Assembly: GCA_964584585.1 (NCBI GenBank)
Contig: CAZPAN010000003.1
Coordinates: 1-30,673, forward strand
Origin: an uncultured Coriobacteriaceae bacterium
GTDB taxonomy: Bacteria; Actinomycetota; Coriobacteriia; Coriobacteriales; CADBOM01
Direction: 5' to 3'
Length of the DNA: 30,673 nucleotides
Shown: positions 9,365-16,513 of the stretch, one piece after another
Numbering within the stretch: position 1 is the first letter of the stretch
Layout of the letters: each line of letters starts with the position of its first letter
Translations under genes and position numbers: made by a program
The notes under the pieces: model-generated
The model's database searches: none
Told to the model about the DNA's origin: nothing
The model's input: the letters and a program-made list of their open reading frames with translations, nothing else

Positions 9365-10036
9365 ATGGCACGATCAGATCTGACCGACAGGCAGAAGCAA
9401 GTGCTCGATTTCATCATTTCCCACACACGCGACAAGGGCTTCCCGCCCAGCGTCAGGGAGATCTGCGATGCCCTAGGGTTGAAGTCCCCGTCTTCCGCAC
9501 ACTCGCATCTGATCGCACTGGAGAAGAAAGGGTACGTGCTGAGAAACGCCTCCTCCACGGCCCGGGCGATAACCGTCAACGAGAGCAAGGTCGCCGAGCT
9601 TCCCGACTACGTTGGCGAGGAGCTCCCGGCCGATGATCCGATGGACGAGGTTTATTCGAGCATGGTCGCGCTGCCCCTCGTCGGAAGGGTCGCCGCCGGA
9701 GTGCCCATATTCGCCGAACAGAACGTGGAGGAGATGATCGGCCTACCCACCCAGATCGTCGGGGACTCCAGCTCGTTTTTGCTCAAGGTGAGAGGCGAGT
9801 CGATGATCGATGCCGGGATCCTCGACGGGGATATAGTGGCCGTGCGCGAACAGCCCACCGCAGACAACGGGGACATAGTCGTCGCGCTGATCGACGATGA
9901 GGCGACTGTCAAGACGTTTTTCAAGGAGCCGGACAGGATAAGGCTTCAACCCGAGAACCCCACGATGGAGCCGATATACACGACAGAGGTGATCATCCTC
10001 GGGAAGGTCACCGCGCTGTTCAGAACGATAAGGTAG
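9365..10036 (+). CDS. lexA: SOS repressor LexA
   Basis: LTDRQKQVL, GFPPSVREI, LPLVGRVAAG, LKVRGESMIDAGILDGD, EATVKT (Ala-Gly cleavage site and Ser/Lys dyad). Start ATG 9365 after GAAGGA. Confidence 0.97.
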   Translation: MARSDLTDRQKQVLDFIISHTRDKGFPPSVREICDALGLKSPSSAHSHLIALEKKGYVLRNASSTARAITVNESKVAELPDYVGEELPADDPMDEVYSSMVALPLVGRVAAGVPIFAEQNVEEMIGLPTQIVGDSSSFLLKVRGESMIDAGILDGDIVAVREQPTADNGDIVVALIDDEATVKTFFKEPDRIRLQPENPTMEPIYTTEVIILGKVTALFRTIR

Positions 10037-10091
10037 GAAACTGGCGAGTTCGACGGCGAACCGATGCGAACCTGCGCCGCATGAGAAAAGC

Positions 10092-10153
10092 AGCGGGTCC
10101 CGCCCGACGATGCTCGGACGAAGAGGTCCGATGCACGTCGGATGGGACCCGCT
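10092..10153. terminator. long hairpin between convergent lexA and cysK, probable bidirectional terminator
   Basis: Nested arms AGCGGGTCCC/GGGACCCGCT, CCGACG/CGTCGG and TCGGAC/GTCCGA. Confidence 0.6.
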
Positions 10154-10181
10154 TAACGTTTCTGATTCCGTCTTCGGGCCG

Positions 10182-11114
10182 TCAGGCGAACATCTCCGTG
10201 GAGAGGTATCTGTCGCCTCCATCTGGAAGGATGACAACGATGGTCTTGCCGTCATAGGCCGTATCCCTAGCGACCTTCAAGGCTGCAGCGAGCGCGGCGC
10301 CCGAGGAAATTCCGACGAGGAGACCCTCGACCCTCCCGATCATCGCGCCGGTCGACATCGCCTCGTCGTCGTCAATCGCGATTACCCTGTCGACCACGTC
10401 CATGTCGAGGTTGTCCGGGACGAACCCCGCTCCGATTCCCTCTATGCGGTGCTTGCCCTTGCGCCCCTCGGTGATGATCGGGGATCCCCCAGGTTCGACG
10501 CCGATGACCTCGATGTCGGGCTTCTGCGACTTGAGATACCTTCCGGTGCCTGAGATGGTGCCGCCGGTGCCGATCCCGGCAACGAGCACGTCGATTGATC
10601 CGTCGGTGTCGCTCCAGATCTCCGGCCCGGTGGTCGCCTCATGCACTGCGGGATTGGCGGGGTTCTCGAACTGCCCCATCACGACCCCGCCCTCGATCTC
10701 CCTCTCGAGCTCGAGGGCACGCTCGATGGCACCCGCCATGCCGCCGGCGCCGTCGGTAAGCACCAGCTCGGCGCCATAGGCGCTCATGAGCCTACGACGT
10801 TCGACCGACATCGTCTCAGGCATGGTGATGACCAGCCTGTAGCCCTTGACCGCAGCCGCCATCGCGAGACCGATGCCGGTGTTTCCGCTGGTGGGCTCGA
10901 TGATCACCGCCCCGGATCTCAACTTACCGTCGGCCTCGGCCGCCTCGATCATGGAGAGGGCCACCCTGTCCTTGATGCTGCCAGCTGGATTCAGGCACTC
11001 CAGCTTTCCGATCAACCTGCATCGCAGCGACTCGAACTCCTCTATCCTCGCAAGCTCGAGCATCGGGGTGGACCCTATCAGATCGGTGACCCTCCTCGCT
11101 ATCGACATGCGCAT
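10182..11114 (-). CDS. cysK: cysteine synthase A (O-acetylserine sulfhydrylase)
   Basis: LIGSTPM, KLECLNPAGSIKDR (PLP Lys), EPTSGNTGIG, GIGTGGT, HRIEGIGAGF, GISSGA, LPDGGDRYLST. ATG overlaps the upstream TGA. Confidence 0.95.
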   Translation of the reverse strand: MRMSIARRVTDLIGSTPMLELARIEEFESLRCRLIGKLECLNPAGSIKDRVALSMIEAAEADGKLRSGAVIIEPTSGNTGIGLAMAAAVKGYRLVITMPETMSVERRRLMSAYGAELVLTDGAGGMAGAIERALELEREIEGGVVMGQFENPANPAVHEATTGPEIWSDTDGSIDVLVAGIGTGGTISGTGRYLKSQKPDIEVIGVEPGGSPIITEGRKGKHRIEGIGAGFVPDNLDMDVVDRVIAIDDDEAMSTGAMIGRVEGLLVGISSGAALAAALKVARDTAYDGKTIVVILPDGGDRYLSTEMFA

Positions 11115-11641
11115 CAGACCCTGACCACGTAATCTTCCTTGCGGGGCCTGGCCTCGCCGACGGAGTTCGCATAGCCTAAAGCGCAATGGCCGACCCCGCG
11201 GTACTTCTCGTCGATCCCCCATTTGGCGAGAAGCTCCTTGCCCTCCTCGCTGTCAAACTCCTCGCGAGCCCTGTGTACCCAGATGCTGCCGAGGCCGAGC
11301 GCATGGGCCTCGATCATCATGTTCCCTATTGCAAGAGAACCGTCCTCAACCCAGGTGAACATGGTGGAGTCGGCGAGCACCACGACTATCGTGGGAGCGC
11401 CGTAGAACGGGTCCATGTCGGGCTTCCCGAAGACCGCCGCGTTCATCGCCCTCAGCTTCTCGCGGGTCTCAGGATCCTGAACGACCACAAACTTGGGAGA
11501 TTGCATCCCCCTGCCCGACGCGGCGTACATGCCCGCCTCCAGAATCGCCTCCAGATCGGCCTCGTTTATCTGCTCAGGCTTGAAGTCCCTGCAGCTCCTC
11601 CTGGTCTTCAGAGTCTCCAAGATCATATTCGCGCCGCACAT
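11114..11641 (-). CDS. nitroreductase-family flavoprotein
   Basis: TRRSCRDF, ILEAGMYAASGRGMQ, FYGAPTIVV, GLGSIW. ATG 11641 follows GGAGG. Confidence 0.9.
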   Translation of the reverse strand: MCGANMILETLKTRRSCRDFKPEQINEADLEAILEAGMYAASGRGMQSPKFVVVQDPETREKLRAMNAAVFGKPDMDPFYGAPTIVVVLADSTMFTWVEDGSLAIGNMMIEAHALGLGSIWVHRAREEFDSEEGKELLAKWGIDEKYRGVGHCALGYANSVGEARPRKEDYVVRV

Positions 11642-11907
11642 ATCGACCTCCCGTCTTGTCAGGCTGACATCAATCTTCAACGGGGAACGCCGATAGATTT
11701 GCCCCGTCCTTCTCCGCACCGTGCCGCGTACCCGGGCTTCCATGCTCATCCGCGCAGGCCGTTGCGCCCTTTTCGCCTTCACGTGCATGGGCGCAGAGGG
11801 GGCCGAATCCGGACGAGGGCAACTAATCATCGTTTCCCTCGACAATTGTACCGCTCGCCTCCTCCTTCTCCGCCTCCAGACCCTGCATGATTTCGCAGAA
11901 TCGAGTC

Positions 11908-11936
11908 TTGCGCATCCATACCGAAACTGCAATACT
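11908..11936 (+). promoter_or_regulatory. promoter of the T-box/trpB2 transcript
   Basis: TTGCGC-N17-AATACT with a TGn extension. Confidence 0.55.
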
Positions 11937-11949
11937 GCCTTCTCGAAAC

Positions 11950-12225
11950 CGATGACCGAGAGTAGTAATCGGATTCGGGAGCGTCACAGAGAGCGGCCCG
12001 GAGCTGAGAGGGCGGCACGCGAACGACCGATGAATGGACTCGCGAGGGCAAACCGAGGAGCGCAAGCTCTTAGGGGAGACGGAGGTGGCGCTTCGTTAGA
12101 AAACGCCAGCGCATGATGGTGCGCGTAGAGTGGGCGCAGATGCGTCAAGCCGGGTGGCACCGCAGGAGTTCTCGAAGCTCTTGTCCCAGCGAAAAAGGAA
12201 CGCGGGACGAGGGCTTCTTCTTTTT
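11950..12225 (+). ncRNA. Trp-specific T-box riboswitch with intrinsic terminator
   Basis: Stem I: AGTA/GAA loop-E, AGAGAG bulge, GCTGAGAG loop, specifier TGG at 12035-12037. T-box AAGCCGGGTGGCACCGC at 12147-12163. Terminator AAGCTCTTGTCCC/GGGACGAGGGCTT plus CTTCTTTTT at 12175-12225, mutually exclusive with the antiterminator. Confidence 0.92.
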
Positions 12226-12276
12226 CCCTCACCGCGAAGAAGCAGCCCTTTTGCAGGGCGAGAAGGGAGAATGAAC

Positions 12277-13662
12277 ATGGCAGCCAGTACCGACCCGTAC
12301 AAGATCTACCTGAGCGAGGACGAGCTTCCCACCCATTTCTACAACGTCCGCGCCAACATGAAGACCGACCATAGGCCGATCCTCAACCCGGCGACCCTCG
12401 AACCCGCAACCCTCGAGGACCTCGAACCGGTGTTCTGCACCGAGCTGGCCAAGCAGGAGCTCAACGACGTCGACGAGTACATCGAGATTCCCGAGGAGAT
12501 CCGCAGCTTCTACACGATGTACCGTCCCAGCCCACTGGTCCGAGCGAAGCGCCTAGAGGAGCTGCTCGACACCCCTGCGAAGATCTACTACAAGTTCGAG
12601 GGCAACAACACCTCGGGCAGCCACAAGCTCAACTCCGCGATAGCCCAAGCCTACTACGCTAGGGAGCAGGGGTTGAAAGGGGTCACCACCGAGACCGGCG
12701 CCGGCCAGTGGGGAACCGCTCTCGCGATGGCCTGCGGGTACTTCGACATCGACTGCAAGGTCTACATGGTGCGCTGCTCGTACGAGCAGAAGCCCTTCCG
12801 CAAGTCGGTCATGGGCGTCTACGGAGCTGAGATCATCCCCTCGCCATCGGACACCACCGAGATCGGTCGCAAGATGCTCGCGGAGTTCGAGGATCACTCC
12901 GGCAGCCTCGGCACCGCGATCTCCGAGGCGGTCGAGGTGGCTGTCACGAGCGACGGCTTCCGCTACGTGCTCGGCTCGGTGCTCAATCAGGTGCTGCTGC
13001 ACCAGTCGATCATCGGCCAGGAGGCCAAGCGGGCGATGGAGAAAGTCGGCGTCTACCCGGACGTTGTGATCGGCTGCGCCGGCGGCGGCTCAAATCTCGG
13101 AGGGCTGATGTCGGAGTTCATGCACGACAAGCTCGTCGGCAAGGCCAGCCCACACTTCATCGCGGTCGAGCCGGCCAGCTGCCCGACGATGTCGAGGGGG
13201 CGTTTCGCCTACGACTTCTGCGACGCGGGCCAGATCACTCCGCTCGCCAAGATGTACACGCTCGGCAACGGGTTCATGCCCAGTCCCAACCATGCCGGCG
13301 GCCTGCGCTATCACGGGATGAGTCCTATCCTCTCCCAGCTCTATCATGACGGCTTCCTGGACGAGGCCCGAGCGGTCGAGCAGACCAACGTGTTCGAGGC
13401 GGCCGTTCAGTTCGCGAAGGTGGAGGGGATCCTGCCCGCGCCAGAAAGCGCGCACGCGATCCGCATCGCCATCGACGAGGCGCTCGAATGCAAGGAGCGC
13501 GGGGAGGAGAAGGTCATCCTCTTCGGCCTCACCGGCACCGGATACTTCGACATGTACGCCTACCAGTCCTATCTCGACGGGACGATGACCGACTACATCC
13601 CCACCGACGAGGACCTCGAACGCGGTTTCGAGACCATTCCGAAGCTGGCCGGGATCCAGTAG
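12277..13662 (+). CDS. trpB2: TrpB2-type tryptophan synthase beta chain (stand-alone)
   Basis: YRPSPLVRA, KFEGNNTSGSHKLNSAIAQAYY, TETGAGQWG, GSLGTAISEA, HAGGLRYHG, PAPESAHA. About 460 aa. Start 12277 or 12271. Confidence 0.93.
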   Translation: MAASTDPYKIYLSEDELPTHFYNVRANMKTDHRPILNPATLEPATLEDLEPVFCTELAKQELNDVDEYIEIPEEIRSFYTMYRPSPLVRAKRLEELLDTPAKIYYKFEGNNTSGSHKLNSAIAQAYYAREQGLKGVTTETGAGQWGTALAMACGYFDIDCKVYMVRCSYEQKPFRKSVMGVYGAEIIPSPSDTTEIGRKMLAEFEDHSGSLGTAISEAVEVAVTSDGFRYVLGSVLNQVLLHQSIIGQEAKRAMEKVGVYPDVVIGCAGGGSNLGGLMSEFMHDKLVGKASPHFIAVEPASCPTMSRGRFAYDFCDAGQITPLAKMYTLGNGFMPSPNHAGGLRYHGMSPILSQLYHDGFLDEARAVEQTNVFEAAVQFAKVEGILPAPESAHAIRIAIDEALECKERGEEKVILFGLTGTGYFDMYAYQSYLDGTMTDYIPTDEDLERGFETIPKLAGIQ

Positions 13663-13782
13663 GACCCCTTTCCTGCAAGACTGCCGGCCGCAACCAGGAG
13701 CGCAAGACGCAAAAGTCCGTGTCCCAACGACCCTCGCGGATATGGGAAGAAGGACCTGCGACGTGTTTTGAGCAGATGCGAA

Positions 13783-13818
13783 AAGACCCCGCCCGGGATC
13801 CGTCTCGGGCGGGGTCTT
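13783..13818. terminator. hairpin terminator between trpB2 and flavodoxin
   Basis: AAGACCCCGCCCGGG-ATCCGT-CTCGGGCGGGGTCTT. Confidence 0.75.
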
Positions 13819-13911
13819 GATCGCGAGATGGCCTCTAATCGGCCTAGGCCGGGCTTGAGTCCGAACCCGCAGTGGGTTCGAGGTCAGCCCCGATTCGGCC
13901 GGCGTTCGGGA

Positions 13912-14388
13912 TCAGATGCCCAAGCTGTCGATCCAGTCGGATATCTCGGAAGCGGCGGCACCGTTGAGCGTGCGACCTTCGATCCAGTTGACATCGTCGC
14001 CGGTGAGCGCGGACAGATCGGCGGTAGAGTTGCCGATCGGGCTGCTACCGGAGGTCGCGAAGGTCACAACGTTCTTTCCCGCCAGGTCGACGCCCTCTAC
14101 GAAAGTCCACATGATCTTCGGCGCGGTGTACCACCAGATCGGGAAGCCCAAAAACACCGTGTCGTACCCGGATAGCCTGGGAAGCTCGGCGATCGCGGGC
14201 CTGGAGGCATCGTCGTTTTGCTCGACGGTGCTGCGGCTCTGCTTGTCCTGCCAGTTAAGATCACCGGATGTGTAGGGCACCTCGGGACGAATCTCGAACA
14301 GATCCCCTCCGGTCGATTCGGCGATGATCTTCGCCTGGTTAGCGGTAACCCCGGTCGCTGAGAAGTAGGCGACGAGAACCTTGTCCAT
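13912..14388 (-). CDS. flavodoxin (short-chain)
   Basis: VAYFSATGVT (FMN phosphate loop), FLGFPIWWYTAP, FATSGSS. ATG 14388 after AAGGAG. Confidence 0.9.
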   Translation of the reverse strand: MDKVLVAYFSATGVTANQAKIIAESTGGDLFEIRPEVPYTSGDLNWQDKQSRSTVEQNDDASRPAIAELPRLSGYDTVFLGFPIWWYTAPKIMWTFVEGVDLAGKNVVTFATSGSSPIGNSTADLSALTGDDVNWIEGRTLNGAAASEISDWIDSLGI

Positions 14389-14433
14389 ATGAGAACTCCT
14401 TCCTGTTCGAATTTCCATCTTCTTTTGTATGAA

Positions 14434-16107
14434 TCAGCGCTGCCTGTAGTGTGCGAAGAAGTCGGCGAGCGCGTCCATCGCTTCCTTCAGTACCTCCATC
14501 CTCGGGAGGTAGACGATGCGGAAGTGGTCTGGCTTCTCCCAGTTGAACCCACCGCCGCGCGTGATGAGGATGCGCTTCTCGTGCAGGAGGTCGAGGGCAA
14601 ACTGCTCGTCATCGGTGATGTTAAACCTCTCGACATCCATCTTGGGGAATATATAGAAGGTGGCTTTGGGCTTTACCGCCGAGAGACCGGGGATCGAGTT
14701 GATCGCTTCGTATACGAAATTACGCTGCTCGTAGATCCTCCCGCCCGGCACGACGTAGCCCTTCACGCTCTGATGCCCCCCGAGCGCGGTCTGGACGATG
14801 GATTGACCGGGGACGTTGGAGCAGAGGCGCATATTGGAGAGCATGTTGATGCCGTAGATGAAATCCTTGCCGCAACGCTTGTCGCCCGACAGGATCATCC
14901 AGCCGATGCGGTAGCCCGCCACCATGTGGGACTTCGAGAGACCCGAGAACGTGACGCAGAACAGATCGGGCGCCAACGAGGCTATCGATATGTGCTCGGT
15001 GTCGTCCATGCAGAGGCGGTCGTAGATCTCGTCGGAGAAAATCATCAGCTCGTACTCGCGGGCGATCTCCACAATTTCTTCCAGGATTTCCTTGGGATAG
15101 ACCGCTCCGGTGGGGTTGTTGGGATTGATGATCACGATCGCCTTGGTGCGCGCGGTGATCTTCGACTTGATGTCGGCGATGTCCGGGCACCACTCGGCCT
15201 GCTCGTCGCATACATAATGCACTGGCACACCTCCCGCGAGAGTGGAGCATGCGGTCCACAGCGGATAATCGGGCGCTGGAATCAGGATCTCGTCGCCATC
15301 GTCGAGCAGGGCCTGCATGCAGATGCTGATCAGCTCCGAGACCCCGTTCCCGGTGTAAACGCTGTCCATGTCGACATTGGGGATGTGCTTCAACTGCGCG
15401 TACTGCATGATGGCCTTGCGTGCGGAGAACAGTCCGCGCGCATCGGAATAGCCTTCGCATTCGGGAAGCTGCTGCCTCATGTCGGTGATAACTTCTTCTG
15501 GAGTCCTGAAGCCGAACGGGGCAGGGTTGCCGATGTTAAGCTTGAGGATCTGAAGCCCCTCTGACTCCATTCTCGCAGCCTCATCGGCCACCGGTCCCCT
15601 GACGTCGTAGAGAACGTTGTCGAGCTTCTTGGATTTTCTGAACTCCCTGCGATGCATGATTCTCCTCCTGGGTGCGGACGTGCCTGGATAGGACGTCTTC
15701 GGGCTAGCGATTGTGGATTGGCCGGCAGGCGCTGGCACGGCAGCGGTTGGGGCCGAGCATCCGGGCGGACCCGGGCTGCCGGCCGTGATAGCAGCGGCTA
15801 ACCCCCCATCCGAGGAGGCGTCCGCGTCAGAAGCCACGTGCTTGCCCCCTGCTGCGGCGGACGCATGTCCCAAGCCGGTGGCGAGCCACTCCGAGTCGAC
15901 CTCCAATATCAGCGCGAGGAGCTCTAGCACCTTCCGCCTCGGCATCGTCTTGCCGCTGACGTACTGGCTCACCTGACTCTTTCCCAGATGAGACCCCATC
16001 GCCTCCGCCGCCCTGATCAGGTCCACCTGCTTCAGGTTCGCGGAGCTCATCGCGGCAGAAAGCCTCGTGGCGAATCCGCCTTGATCGCTTCGAAGGCCAC
16101 TCGCCAT
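14434..16107 (-). CDS. XRE-family HTH domain fused to a class I/II PLP aminotransferase (AlaA/AlaT-like)
   Basis: N-terminal LKQVDL...KSQVSQYVSGKTMPR...EWL (HTH), Ala/Pro/Gly/Ser linker, then YDVRGPV, LNIGNPAPFGF, INPNNPTGAVY, SDEIYD, FSGLSKSHMVAGYRIGW. ATG 16107 after GGAGGA. Confidence 0.92.
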   Translation of the reverse strand: MASGLRSDQGGFATRLSAAMSSANLKQVDLIRAAEAMGSHLGKSQVSQYVSGKTMPRRKVLELLALILEVDSEWLATGLGHASAAAGGKHVASDADASSDGGLAAAITAGSPGPPGCSAPTAAVPAPAGQSTIASPKTSYPGTSAPRRRIMHRREFRKSKKLDNVLYDVRGPVADEAARMESEGLQILKLNIGNPAPFGFRTPEEVITDMRQQLPECEGYSDARGLFSARKAIMQYAQLKHIPNVDMDSVYTGNGVSELISICMQALLDDGDEILIPAPDYPLWTACSTLAGGVPVHYVCDEQAEWCPDIADIKSKITARTKAIVIINPNNPTGAVYPKEILEEIVEIAREYELMIFSDEIYDRLCMDDTEHISIASLAPDLFCVTFSGLSKSHMVAGYRIGWMILSGDKRCGKDFIYGINMLSNMRLCSNVPGQSIVQTALGGHQSVKGYVVPGGRIYEQRNFVYEAINSIPGLSAVKPKATFYIFPKMDVERFNITDDEQFALDLLHEKRILITRGGGFNWEKPDHFRIVYLPRMEVLKEAMDALADFFAHYRQR

Positions 16108-16124
16108 ACGGTCCTCCAGTCTTG

Positions 16125-16228
16125 GTTCAATTACGTCCCGACCTTCTGGTCGTTGGAATTGAACTCGGCGTTCTGAGTTCAATTAGCAAGCGAGTATACC
16201 TTCATGGAATTGAACTGTAAAGTTGAAC
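16125..16228. repeat. array of A(A/G)TTGAAC half-sites, candidate operators
   Basis: Copies at 16125, 16157, 16177, 16208 and 16221, including the perfect inverted repeat AATTGAACTC-N8-GAGTTCAATT (16157-16184). A further copy lies at 16355. Confidence 0.8.
16193..16221 (-). promoter_or_regulatory. sigma70 promoter of the HTH-aminotransferase
   Basis: Minus strand TTTACA-N17-TATACT. Confidence 0.75.
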
Positions 16229-16513
16229 CTGTGCGATACCGGTGGCGCTTCTACCAAACGCATCATCGCTTCTCTCACCACTCTGCCCGTTCCCCAGATA
16301 ACAGAGCTTTCTTCAGCAAAACGACTAGACTGTTCTGCACTGGACTTGCATTTGAGTTGAACTTGGCATCTCCGGCTCACCGGGCATGCCTGTCGAATGT
16401 ATGCTTGCCAAAGGGCGAGACCGCCGCGCTCATGCTCACCGGGGGACGTCACCGCAGGTCACGCTCCCCTAAAAGGGCAGGAACGCCGCATTCGTGCCCA
16501 TCAGGGGGTAGAG

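Noticed and set aside
11642-12276. Long N-terminal extensions in the ORF track (nitroreductase to 11932, trpB2 from 12130; likewise cysK, nrdR, lexA, rapZ, tetR and the oxidoreductase)
   Set aside because: The extensions cross promoters, the T-box or neighbouring genes and lack an RBS; downstream starts with good RBSs match family N-termini.
13850-13900. tRNA-like element (GGGTTCGA resembles a T-loop)
   Set aside because: It folds as a single hairpin, with no D arm, anticodon arm or acceptor stem.
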